A stretch of 32,000 bases of DNA from Candidatus Harpocratesius repetitus (GCA_021498095.1 JAIZWK010000001.1:1650001-1682000), one strand, 5' to 3'; shown: positions 17,773 through 27,342, counted from the stretch's first letter. Numbers and translations: made by a program. The notes: generated from the letters alone by a model not told the origin.

Positions 17773-18699
17773 ATGGGGGATAGTATGGCAGATTCAAATC
17801 TTAAAATTGCTTTGGTTGGGTTGGAAAATGCGGGAAAAACATCCATTATTCGCACTTTGAATCGCACTTATCATATTAATGGAAAAATTGCACCAACCAA
17901 GAGTGTTGAGAGAACTACTTTTACGTTATTTTCTCAAGAAGGTAGTATTTGGGATTATGGTGGACAAATTGAGTATCGTCAAAATTATCTTCAAAACCCT
18001 GATCGTTATCTATCAGAAATTCAATTTCTCTTTTTCGTAATTGATGTGCAAGATTCATCGCGATTCACTAAAGCTATTGATTATTTCGAACAAATCTATC
18101 ATGTTGTCAATAAAGAAAATCCAAAAGTTATTGTGGCTATTTTATTTCATAAAGCAGACCCTGATTTATATCAAAATAGCCAAATTCCCCAAGATATTGA
18201 AGAATTATCCCTTAAATTTCAACATATAGTTGAAAATAATGAAATAAGTTTTTACCATACTTCAATTTTTGATCCAATTTCTCTTCTTAATTCAATGTCA
18301 TTACCAATCTTGGGATCCCAACCTGTCTATAATATTATTTCTATGATTTTAGCAGAATTTGCCATGAATCATTCTATTGAATATATCTCAGTATTAGTAA
18401 ATGAATTACTTGAATTAGGTTCGTTTCGTTTAAAAACACCAAAAGAAAGTTTTATCCAAGCATCATTGGATTTTTATCATCAAATTTCTAACAAAAATTT
18501 AAAAATTAAACCTGGAGAATATGAACTAAAAGGATACAAATTTGTTATCATAAATCGAAATGTCTTAGATTATAATTATTGTTTGAATTATGCCCATCCC
18601 ACTACTGAAGATGCTAAACAACCATCAAAAGAGGAGCTTCGACAACTTTTTGGAATAATCAATGAAAAAATCGAAGAATATAATCCAACCTTAATTTAA
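17773..18699 (+). CDS. Small GTPase, Rag/Gtr1-like, with C-terminal extension (start may be the ATG at 17785)
   Basis: G1 GLENAGKT, G2 APT, G3 WDYGGQ, G4 HKAD, G5 TSIFD, plus about 130 C-terminal residues. Confidence 0.87.
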   Translation: MGDSMADSNLKIALVGLENAGKTSIIRTLNRTYHINGKIAPTKSVERTTFTLFSQEGSIWDYGGQIEYRQNYLQNPDRYLSEIQFLFFVIDVQDSSRFTKAIDYFEQIYHVVNKENPKVIVAILFHKADPDLYQNSQIPQDIEELSLKFQHIVENNEISFYHTSIFDPISLLNSMSLPILGSQPVYNIISMILAEFAMNHSIEYISVLVNELLELGSFRLKTPKESFIQASLDFYHQISNKNLKIKPGEYELKGYKFVIINRNVLDYNYCLNYAHPTTEDAKQPSKEELRQLFGIINEKIEEYNPTLI

Positions 18700-18825
18700 A
18701 CTTTTTTTTTTACTCAATTGTTCTATAATTAAATCCTTTAAATAAGAATTCCATTATAAATAAGAAAAACTAAAGCAAAACTTTTTTTTAATGCTTCTTT
18801 TTCTTTTTTGTATTTTATCAATCAT

Positions 18826-18915
18826 GGCCTCTAACGGTCAGGGTGGTCTCTGACGCTGGACTTCAAATCCAGATTACCTTCGTAGGGTGGGGAGTTCGAT
18901 TCTCCTTAGAGGCCG
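18826..18915 (+). tRNA. selC: tRNA-Sec (anticodon UCA), 9/4 archaeal/eukaryotic fold
   Basis: 9-bp acceptor GGCCTCTAA/TTAGAGGCC, G discriminator at 18915, 7-bp D stem GTCAGGG/CTCTGAC with TGGT loop, anticodon stem CTGGA/TCCAG with loop CT-TCA-AA (TCA at 18863-18865), long variable arm at 18873-18890, 4-bp T stem GGAG/CTCC with TTCGATT loop. Confidence 0.95.
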
Positions 18916-19058
18916 TTTATTTTGAAAATATATATTATGTAATTAAATCTACAGTATAACTCACTATTTTTATTCATTTGCTTAATGATATCAGTGTAAA
19001 TTGTATTATATATCTAATTTCATTTCATTTTAAAATGATTAAAACTGATTTATAATTA

Positions 19059-20024
19059 ATGAAAGAAAAATTAGATACGGGGCAAAAAATCTCCGTCCGA
19101 TATGAACTATTAAGAAAACAAGACATAACGCAAATTATACTATTTTTAGAACGACATCTTCGATTTTATACAATTTCTCATAGTATTTTAGAACAATGTA
19201 TTTTTAAAGATTCAGGTTATGAACCTTCATTAGTTATTGGAATGTTTCTTAATGATACAAGCGAACTTATAGGAATCATTGCAGGAGTTCTTCGTAAAAG
19301 AGGTCTAAAAAAATACTGTGCTTTAAAAATGTTAATTATTCATTCCGATTTTCGTCTGAAGGGTTTAGGAACAGAATTGTTAAAAAAATTCCAACAAAAC
19401 TTAAAAATTCTTATCTCTAAATCATGTTTTGTGAGGTTCGATGCATCTCCACCAAATTATATTAATCCTGGTCTTGATTTTCGTTATTCTGATTTGATCT
19501 TTTTCCTAAAACACCACGGATTTAAGAAAAAAGGTATACGAAATAACATGATTTGTGATGTACCAAAAGAATATATCATTCCCAAAAAAAAGATAAATGA
19601 TATTCAAATCAAGCGATTATCGGAATCAAATATTATCTATTTAGAGGCTTTTATTCGTAGATATTTCCGATTTAGTCTATGGGATGAAGAAGTTCGATTA
19701 AGTTATAACTTGACTCCAATTACGACATATATTGCAATAGATTCATCCAACCATATTGTTGGGTGGGCTTCCTATAATATATCTTTTCCTGGTTGCTTTG
19801 GCCCAATGGGTGTAAAAAAAGATCTTCGTGGATTAGGAATTGGAGGTGAATTATTACGATGGTGTCTTTATTCACTCTCCCAAGAAGGAATTGAAACTAT
19901 GGTAATCCGCTGGGTTTCTGAAAAAACAGCATATTTCTATTCAAAAACGATTGGTGCACATATATCCCAAATATATTACAATATGGTAGGAAAAATTAAA
20001 CCAAATAAAATTATCAAAAAATAA
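19059..20024 (+). CDS. Tandem GNAT-family N-acetyltransferase
   Basis: Two acetyl-CoA motif A copies: DFRLKGLGTELL and FGPMGV..DLRGLGIGGELL. Confidence 0.85.
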   Translation: MKEKLDTGQKISVRYELLRKQDITQIILFLERHLRFYTISHSILEQCIFKDSGYEPSLVIGMFLNDTSELIGIIAGVLRKRGLKKYCALKMLIIHSDFRLKGLGTELLKKFQQNLKILISKSCFVRFDASPPNYINPGLDFRYSDLIFFLKHHGFKKKGIRNNMICDVPKEYIIPKKKINDIQIKRLSESNIIYLEAFIRRYFRFSLWDEEVRLSYNLTPITTYIAIDSSNHIVGWASYNISFPGCFGPMGVKKDLRGLGIGGELLRWCLYSLSQEGIETMVIRWVSEKTAYFYSKTIGAHISQIYYNMVGKIKPNKIIKK

Positions 20025-20050
20025 TATAATTAATATAATTCATTGACTAA

Positions 20051-21964
20051 TTAACGCGGTGCATAAAAGTATTCATTATTTGCGCGTTGGCGCTTATCAA
20101 TACTACTATCTTTCTTATTTATGCGCGCTCTTCCTGTGTCCTCATCCCTTCGAAAAGTAATATCTAATATTTTTAAGAATTCATTCATACCTTCGCGCTT
20201 ATTCAAAGGGCCAATTGTTTTACCATGAACTCCTGGTTTACCCGTGAATAAAAATAATCGATCAGAAAGTGCATCAACAATAGCCAAATCATGTTCAATA
20301 ACGATTGTTGTTGCGCTCATACGTTTTGTCATTGCTCGAATTACTGAAGAAATATGTAAACGTTCTTCGATATCTAAATAAGCTGATGGTTCATCCAAAA
20401 TATATAATTCAGCACGTTTAGCTAATGCTGTTGATATGAATACCCTTTGCAGCTGCCCGCCAGAAAGGTCCTTTACGGGAGTATTTAGTAAAACATCAAC
20501 ACCTAATGGAGAATATAAGAGTTGCTTCATTGAATCGGAAAAATCATAGTTTTTTGAATATTCCATAATAAAATCCTTAACAGAGCCGTCATAATTACGG
20601 GTGATATATTGGGGTTTATAGGACACATAGCGATTTACAGATTTAAATTCGCTGTGAGGATCAGGTTTAATTTGTCCTGCCATTATTTTTGCAAACGTTG
20701 ATTTTCCTGTCCCATTTTCACCGACAATGCCAAGAATTTCACCTTCATAAATGATTCCAGGATCAACATCAAGTCGAAATGTATCAAAAGTCTTAGAAAT
20801 TCGACCGTACGATGCAAAAATCCGTGCATTATCCCAAGATCGATTGCCTACACTGCGACGAAACGTAATTTGTGATTTTCTGAATTGAATGTTTTCAGTT
20901 TTAAGAAATCCAGTTAAATAAGCATTAATACCCGCTTTTGTGGATTGAACTTTTGTAATAACTCCAAATTGATGTGGTTTTCCATAAAATAAGTGAATAA
21001 CATCAGAAAGATAATCTAATATTGCTAAATCATGCTCAACAACCAATACTGGATATTGTTTACTTGAATTAAAACCAGCAGCTCGTTTTCGAAGTAATTC
21101 TGCAAGTTTAATGCGTTTTTTTATATCTAAAAAAGTACATGGTTCATCGATCAAATAACATCCTGCTTCTTGAATTAAGACGGAAGAAATTGCGAATCTT
21201 TGAAGTTCACCCCCTGAACATTGTGCTAATTTTCGATTAGCAATTGCGTCAATATCTAAATGCTCCCAAATTTGATTGAAAAATTCAATATCAATATTTT
21301 TTTGACTTTTAAGTATTTCTCCGACAGTTTTATTTTGATATTTCTCAAAAAGAACACGCAATACTTGGCGCTTATATGCAATTTTCCTGGAATTTTCAAA
21401 AGTTTCTTTAAAATGGGTACGCATTTCAGATTCACGAATGTGTTCCAAGAGTATTTTCCAATATCTATTTTCTGATATTTTTTCTGAAAGATTTATACTA
21501 CCAAAATTCGGTTTAAGATCTCCGCTTAATATATTTAATACTGTTGATTTTCCAATTCCATTAGGACCACATAACCCAGTCACCCGACCTGGTAGAAGCG
21601 TTGGTAAACCGTAAAGCCTAAATCCTCTGTTTACTGTTGTAATTTGCGATGAATCTCTTCCTATTTTTGCAGGAATATATGAATATTCATGAGTTAAGCT
21701 CTCTGGTTCTGGTTCGTCGAGTAAGAATATTGAAAATATTGCATTTCGTGGACAAACATTTAAACAAACACCACATTGAATGCAAAATTCTGAAATAATA
21801 ATCATTTTATCCGCTGATTTTTTAAATCGAATCGGAACCTCTGCTTTTTTTATGTGGTTTTTTTTACGAGCATTAGATAAGTTAATTGGACATTGTTTTA
21901 CACAAGGGCGCCCGCAACTTTGAGGTGAACATAAATCATAATCAATTAAAAAAACCTTTTTCAT
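20051..21964 (-). CDS. rli: Ribosome recycling factor ABCE1 / RNase L inhibitor (RLI)
   Basis: Two 4Fe-4S motifs (CSPQSCGRPCVKQCP, CIQCGVCLNVCP), two NBDs (GPNGIGKST, GENGTGKST; SGGELQR, SGGQLQR; DEP; EHD), FRLYGLP, hinge FRRD..TGR.RINK..S. Confidence 0.95.
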   Translation of the reverse strand: MKKVFLIDYDLCSPQSCGRPCVKQCPINLSNARKKNHIKKAEVPIRFKKSADKMIIISEFCIQCGVCLNVCPRNAIFSIFLLDEPEPESLTHEYSYIPAKIGRDSSQITTVNRGFRLYGLPTLLPGRVTGLCGPNGIGKSTVLNILSGDLKPNFGSINLSEKISENRYWKILLEHIRESEMRTHFKETFENSRKIAYKRQVLRVLFEKYQNKTVGEILKSQKNIDIEFFNQIWEHLDIDAIANRKLAQCSGGELQRFAISSVLIQEAGCYLIDEPCTFLDIKKRIKLAELLRKRAAGFNSSKQYPVLVVEHDLAILDYLSDVIHLFYGKPHQFGVITKVQSTKAGINAYLTGFLKTENIQFRKSQITFRRSVGNRSWDNARIFASYGRISKTFDTFRLDVDPGIIYEGEILGIVGENGTGKSTFAKIMAGQIKPDPHSEFKSVNRYVSYKPQYITRNYDGSVKDFIMEYSKNYDFSDSMKQLLYSPLGVDVLLNTPVKDLSGGQLQRVFISTALAKRAELYILDEPSAYLDIEERLHISSVIRAMTKRMSATTIVIEHDLAIVDALSDRLFLFTGKPGVHGKTIGPLNKREGMNEFLKILDITFRRDEDTGRARINKKDSSIDKRQRANNEYFYAPR

Positions 21965-22079
21965 GCGATTAACTAATATAAATTACCATGACAAATTAAT
22001 GTATATACAAGCGCTAAAATTGGTTCGGAACTAAATCATTTTAGGGAATCAGTGATTACTGAATTTAGAGGCGATAAAA

Positions 22080-23105
22080 ATGAGTAATAATGAAAAAAAA
22101 TATGATGTTGTTGGGTTAGGATCGTGCACAATGGATTTAATCTTTTCAGTAGATGATATTATGCGTATGGAATTGATTGATCGTAATAATGTCGAGAAAA
22201 AATATGTTGCAATTGAAAATTCTAGTAAATTAAATGTAAAATCCGTTAAATCATTTCCAGGAGGTTCTGCTGCAAATATTGCTTGTGATTTAGCAAATTT
22301 GGGTATGAAAACGGCTTATATTGGTGGAATTGGAAAGGATTCTGCGGGTGAATTTTGTATGGCTGATCTCCGACATCATCATGTGGATACAAGTGGTGTT
22401 AAAATTTTTGAAGAAGATTCTACTGCCCATTCTGTAATTATTATTAATTCAAATTATAAAGATCGCTCTATTCTGGCATACAAAGGAGCAAATGATCTTT
22501 TTTCATCTGATAACATTCCTGAGGAAATGTTAAAAAATACCAGATGTTTTGCTTGGACTAGTTTAACATCTGATAATGGTATCAATGCTATCAAAAAGTG
22601 TATTCAAATCACTAAAGCATCAAGAGGAATTGTAGCTGGAGCTCCATCGATTTCTATTATTAAAAAGAAACCTCAAGCAGCAATTGAATTACTTAAATTA
22701 TCTGATATTGTTAGCTTAAATGATGAAGAAATTGAAGCACTAACAGGAATTAAGGGGCATTTACATGAAGCTATGAAACAACTTTTTGATTGGGGTTTGA
22801 AGTGGGTTAATCTTACTTTGGGTAAAAATGGACAGTGGCTTAGTGATGGAAAAACATTGGTAAAAACACAACCACCAACAATCCATGTAATGGATACTAC
22901 AGGAGCTGGAGATGCTACTATGAGTGGAGTAATCTATGGATATTTAAATAACAAAAGTCTACATGAAACCGCGATAATTGCCTCTTCATTAAGTGCTATG
23001 GAAATTGAAGCTCCAGGTGTTCGGGTTGGATTACCTGAGAAATTTTCAGAATTACAGCAATTTATTGATGCACATGAATTTCAACAAGAAACCAGTAATT
23101 TTTAA
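22080..23105 (+). CDS. PfkB/ribokinase-family carbohydrate or nucleoside kinase
   Basis: VVGLGS..MD, PGGSAANIA, LNDEE, VMDTTGAGDA. Confidence 0.93.
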   Translation: MSNNEKKYDVVGLGSCTMDLIFSVDDIMRMELIDRNNVEKKYVAIENSSKLNVKSVKSFPGGSAANIACDLANLGMKTAYIGGIGKDSAGEFCMADLRHHHVDTSGVKIFEEDSTAHSVIIINSNYKDRSILAYKGANDLFSSDNIPEEMLKNTRCFAWTSLTSDNGINAIKKCIQITKASRGIVAGAPSISIIKKKPQAAIELLKLSDIVSLNDEEIEALTGIKGHLHEAMKQLFDWGLKWVNLTLGKNGQWLSDGKTLVKTQPPTIHVMDTTGAGDATMSGVIYGYLNNKSLHETAIIASSLSAMEIEAPGVRVGLPEKFSELQQFIDAHEFQQETSNF

Positions 23106-23145
23106 TAAGGATAAATTTTTTTGCGAAAGATAAATTTAAGGGAAT

Positions 23146-24522
23146 ATGCCTTTTTTCCCCCCAAATTCTTCAAGTTCTTTAAATAATGAATATAATCTAA
23201 TTATTGCACGTTATGTGGAGATAGGATTAAAATCTCGAAAAGTCCGTAATCGCATGGAAAAACGATTAATGGATCATATCCTTTCCATATTAAATCGTGA
23301 ATCACTCTCCACTTTACAATCTTCACGGCAATGGGGGCGATTAATTTTCCAATTTGAACCAAAAGACATAGAAAAAGCCTTATTGATTTTTCGAAATATA
23401 ATTGGGATTCATTCTTATTCACCTGTAATCAGAGTATCTAACAGTTTTGATGAATTATGCAAATCAACAGTTAAATTTGCTCAAACTTATCTGAAATCAA
23501 ATGAAAGCTTTGCAGTTCGTGTAAAACGATTTAAATTATATCCAAAAAATTCTCTTGAAATCGAGAGGGAAATTGGGGGAAAAATTTATGACTATTTTAC
23601 TCAAATAGGAAAACCAATAAAAGTAAATTTAAAACAACCCCAAAAAACCATTTATCTTGAAATCAAAGAGAAAGAAGCATATTTATTTGGAGATATTTAT
23701 TATTCTGCTTGGGGTGGAAATCCAATAGAAACAGATAAAGCAATGTTTGCCTTATGGAATGGTAATTTTGGGGAACTATCTGCATCGTTTTTATTAACTC
23801 GTAGAGGAACTGTTGTTATACCTCTTGTTATTTATAATTCTGAGACTTTTCTAAATAAACAAAAGCTATTACGTTATAATTCGTTAAATGAAAAATTACA
23901 TGTATTAGCATCCTTTTATTCTGAACCAATAAATGTAATTTTACTTGATTATAATCCTTTGATTAAAATAATTAAAAATTTTGAAAAATTGGAGATTATG
24001 CAAGATAATGATTATAAAAAAAAAGTATTTTTAGAAGAAATTGCTTCTCTATTATTAATTTCTCATCTTGTTTATCAAAGTTCAATTCAAAACCATATTA
24101 AATATGGTAAAAAAACACTTATCATTAAAGGGTTTATTAGTAATTATCATCAATCCTATTCCTTAGTAAACCATACTATAGATTTTATCCATATTGCTCA
24201 ATCTTTTTCTTTTACTCATTTTATCCCATTATCAGGATTAAGTATAGAAGTCATAAAAAAGATGGAAGGAAAATTAATGAATCCTTCTTATGAATTAATA
24301 ACTGAAGAATTTTCATTAAGTTCTTTAATATTAAAAGATATTGAAGTTAATAATAGCGTTAATTTCGATTCTATTGTTCATTTCAGTTCTGATAATATTG
24401 ATAATATTAGTATTGCTTTAGATTATTTTGTGAATTCAATAAAATCAAAGAAATTTTCAGAAATCATAGAAAGTATTATTGAAAATGCTGAATTCATGAA
24501 GATTTCAAGTAAAATATCATAA
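23146..24522 (+). CDS. ThiI-family THUMP protein with degenerate PP-loop (probable pseudoenzyme)
   Basis: RYVEIGLKS.KVR, SFAVRVKR, SLEIEREIG, VNLKQP...IYLEI and GGNP match ThiI, but SGGxDS is replaced by NGNFGE (23758-23775). Confidence 0.8.
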   Translation: MPFFPPNSSSSLNNEYNLIIARYVEIGLKSRKVRNRMEKRLMDHILSILNRESLSTLQSSRQWGRLIFQFEPKDIEKALLIFRNIIGIHSYSPVIRVSNSFDELCKSTVKFAQTYLKSNESFAVRVKRFKLYPKNSLEIEREIGGKIYDYFTQIGKPIKVNLKQPQKTIYLEIKEKEAYLFGDIYYSAWGGNPIETDKAMFALWNGNFGELSASFLLTRRGTVVIPLVIYNSETFLNKQKLLRYNSLNEKLHVLASFYSEPINVILLDYNPLIKIIKNFEKLEIMQDNDYKKKVFLEEIASLLLISHLVYQSSIQNHIKYGKKTLIIKGFISNYHQSYSLVNHTIDFIHIAQSFSFTHFIPLSGLSIEVIKKMEGKLMNPSYELITEEFSLSSLILKDIEVNNSVNFDSIVHFSSDNIDNISIALDYFVNSIKSKKFSEIIESIIENAEFMKISSKIS

Positions 24523-24541
24523 AAAAAGAAAAAATCAATTA

Positions 24542-25939
24542 TCATCCGGGACGAGCAAAGATATAAAATTCTCGAATTAAATGTTTAGTCCCTCTATCAT
24601 ATAGATTCTTACTATTTCCTCTGTCGAAATTATAATAGGGATTTTCTTTAGTATCAAATCTTTCTTTCTTTAATATTTGAACAAGTTTAAAATCGGCCTC
24701 AATTGCCATTTCTTGAATTGGTATTCCTATTTGTTTTCGATCTTGCGTTAAAACAACAGGTGAAACCAATGCTAAACGAGTATTTGGTTTTAGTAAGGTA
24801 TATGATTGTTGAAACAATTTTTCATATAAAGGAATAACTTTTTCTTCAATAATCGGAAGCATTTCTGCATAATCTGGAAATTTTCTGAAATAAGGAAGTA
24901 AAACTGGTTCTGTAGCAATTCCATCAAAGAAATTTTCTGAAAAATGTTTATGTAAATTATCGATATCTGTTTGAATTATTTTTTTTTTTATATTTTTGTT
25001 TGATATTGGAGTACCTAGTAATTTAGAAGTATATTCAATATTTTTTTGCGTTCCTAAGACTTGTTCTTGATCTTTATCCGTTCCAAAAATTTGTAATCCC
25101 ATTAAAAGGGCAAATTGGAGAAGAGTCCCAGAACCACAGAATGGATCTAAAATTTTCCTTTTTTCTAAAGGTTCCTTTAATTGTAAAAACGACAATAACG
25201 TTTTAGCGAATTTTGGTGGAATTGTTTGCTGAAATTTTTTAAATGGTCTTTTCTCGTCAAGTTCTTTTTGTAAATTTGAGTCTACTACCGTAATAGTTCT
25301 TCCAATATACATACCTTGATCCGTAAGGCAGTAAAGAATTTCAGCTCTATTCGGTTTATACAATTTATAAGCGAAATAATGATGTGGGAATAACGGATTC
25401 AATGTTCCATTTTCAATATTTTTTTGTGGATATTTATAATAAATGGCTTTTTTAGCACCTTGTTCTTTAAGATAAGTGTTAAAGAATTTATTTATATAAT
25501 GAAGGGCGTATTGCACCAATACGTTAGAATAATAAGGATCATCAAAACTTTCAGGATAAATAGAATTAGCTATAAAAAAATCTTGATCTTTAATTATTGG
25601 AAACAAGTCAAAAACCAAATCCTTTAAGGTATTATCAAGATATTTTCTACCAGCATAAATTTTTACACGATTTGCTTCCATATCTACTGGAAAAGCATTT
25701 TTTAAAATAGATATCCCAATAAAATCGTACATTCGCCCAATTTTTTGAACACTTCCTAACCGGATCATAAGTTTACCAATTTCATCTAGATCAATGGATT
25801 GATTCTCAAATTCGATGATAGCACAATTAGTAGAGTAATCTATAATTTTTCCTTGATATTCGGGTGTTTGAAGGTAAGAATCAATTTCTGCAAGAGCAAG
25901 ACGGTAATTCTTTCCTAATATAAAAATATACTTTTCCAT
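24542..25939 (-). CDS. Trm11/TrmG10-like SAM-dependent RNA methyltransferase
   Basis: YIFILGKN..LALAEI, PPKFAK.L, motif I ILDPFCGSGTLL, motif IV variant IATEPVL. Confidence 0.8.
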   Translation of the reverse strand: MEKYIFILGKNYRLALAEIDSYLQTPEYQGKIIDYSTNCAIIEFENQSIDLDEIGKLMIRLGSVQKIGRMYDFIGISILKNAFPVDMEANRVKIYAGRKYLDNTLKDLVFDLFPIIKDQDFFIANSIYPESFDDPYYSNVLVQYALHYINKFFNTYLKEQGAKKAIYYKYPQKNIENGTLNPLFPHHYFAYKLYKPNRAEILYCLTDQGMYIGRTITVVDSNLQKELDEKRPFKKFQQTIPPKFAKTLLSFLQLKEPLEKRKILDPFCGSGTLLQFALLMGLQIFGTDKDQEQVLGTQKNIEYTSKLLGTPISNKNIKKKIIQTDIDNLHKHFSENFFDGIATEPVLLPYFRKFPDYAEMLPIIEEKVIPLYEKLFQQSYTLLKPNTRLALVSPVVLTQDRKQIGIPIQEMAIEADFKLVQILKKERFDTKENPYYNFDRGNSKNLYDRGTKHLIREFYIFARPG

Positions 25940-25988
25940 TATTTATCGCTAAGAATCCATACGATTAGAATTTTGGTAATAATAATTA

Positions 25989-26450
25989 TTAGGAATATCG
26001 AGTGAAATAATTTTGAACTTTTTTGGTAATATAGGTGTTTCCTGAATTTTCCTGGCCAGAAAGAAAGATCTCACAAAATACTTTGCTTAAATGCTTTGTA
26101 ATACTTTCAATCCATGAAAAACGCTCATTTCTAGAGACATTCATTAGTTTTGGTATTGATACATGCTGAATTTTTCTGAATTTTTTAAACGCATATATTA
26201 AGATATAAAGTAATTCTTTTTGTGTACATGGAAAAAATGAATTAAAAAAAGTTCTTATTCTATGTATAATTGCAATTTCGGTCAAGGTTGGTGAAAAATT
26301 TTGAATTTCTGCTAAATATTGATAATAAATATCTCGATTTAAGCGAAAAATTTCTGGATCTATTGTACTTTTGTCTTTTTCCGGAGACATATTGCTTGAA
26401 TCAATCTGTTCTCTTTGTTCTTTTCCATCTTTTCGTTTGAATAGCGACAT
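25989..26450 (-). CDS. Hypothetical protein downstream of the ESCRT-III gene
   Basis: 153-aa ORF 60 bp downstream of and co-oriented with the Snf7-family gene. No recognised motif. Confidence 0.65.
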   Translation of the reverse strand: MSLFKRKDGKEQREQIDSSNMSPEKDKSTIDPEIFRLNRDIYYQYLAEIQNFSPTLTEIAIIHRIRTFFNSFFPCTQKELLYILIYAFKKFRKIQHVSIPKLMNVSRNERFSWIESITKHLSKVFCEIFLSGQENSGNTYITKKVQNYFTRYS

Positions 26451-26510
26451 TTTTCTTTTAATTATAATTTTTCATATGAAAACAATTATAAAAAGAGGTT
26501 AAAAAATGAT

Positions 26511-27170
26511 TTAATCCCTTTGTTGCTTTAATTTTTTAATTTCTGCTTCTAAATCACTAATTTCTCCTTCAAATGATGCGCCACCAGGAACGGATGGGAG
26601 TGCTTCACGCGTGTTAATTGATAATTGTGCATCCACTTCAGCAAGAGCGTTGTCAACTTCTTCATCAGTTACTCCTGTGGCAGAACTGTCTTCAGAAAGC
26701 TCGAGTTGAGCGTTAACTTCTGAGAAAATTGCATCCATATTCCCAAAACCAAGATCTAATTGACTTAACATATTAGAAATTTCTGGAGCTTTTACGCTAA
26801 CTTGCAATTCTCCAAGTACTCCTGCAATGTCTTTTGCTACTCCAGTAAAATCACCAATCGCTTTCGCCTGTTCCAATTTAAATTGCACTCCATCTAATCT
26901 TACTCTAAAATTCTCGATAGAATGCACCCACTTTTGGAATTGAAGATGATTTTTCATGTGTAATCGGCTACCTGGGATATCACCCGCTTCTCTTCTTTGA
27001 ATCGCTTTCTTTTTTGCTAATTTTCCTTTTTGTTCCATTTTAACAACTTGTCGTTGGAGTCGTTTATTAAAAATCTTTAGACTGGTTATAGTTTTTCGAA
27101 GCGGATCTCCGTCATTCTTTTTTTTATAACCTCCTGAAAGCCAGGCGGTAAATTTTTTAAGACTTCCCAA
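26511..27170 (-). CDS. ESCRT-III / Snf7-family protein (CHMP1-3/Vps2-24-46-like), paralogue A
   Basis: TTG start; basic helical hairpin (GDIPGSRLHMKN), acidic C-half, helix-5 EEVDNALAEV, LPSVP, MIM1-like tail DLEAEIKKLK. Confidence 0.88.
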   Translation of the reverse strand: MGSLKKFTAWLSGGYKKKNDGDPLRKTITSLKIFNKRLQRQVVKMEQKGKLAKKKAIQRREAGDIPGSRLHMKNHLQFQKWVHSIENFRVRLDGVQFKLEQAKAIGDFTGVAKDIAGVLGELQVSVKAPEISNMLSQLDLGFGNMDAIFSEVNAQLELSEDSSATGVTDEEVDNALAEVDAQLSINTREALPSVPGGASFEGEISDLEAEIKKLKQQRD

Positions 27171-27342
27171 ACATTTTCACTTCCATTTCAAAAACATACA
27201 AAATAACTTATGGATTTTAATATTATCTAGAAGGTGAATTCCCTTAAAAAATCCTTAGGAGACCAATCAATGAAATTTTGAATAGAAGGAAACATTCTTT
27301 TTTCTTAAATTCATTAATAGGGTAATAGAGATACAAACGAAG

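Noticed and set aside
18826-18915. Reading this long-variable-arm tRNA as tRNA-Ser or tRNA-Leu
   Set aside because: The anticodon is TCA in a 7-nt loop, and the 9-bp acceptor, 4-bp T stem and 7-bp D stem are Sec-specific.
27229-27243. Imperfect palindrome AAGGTGAATTCCCTT in the middle of the ESCRT-III spacer
   Set aside because: Short, imperfect and single-copy; not distinguishable from chance without conservation data.
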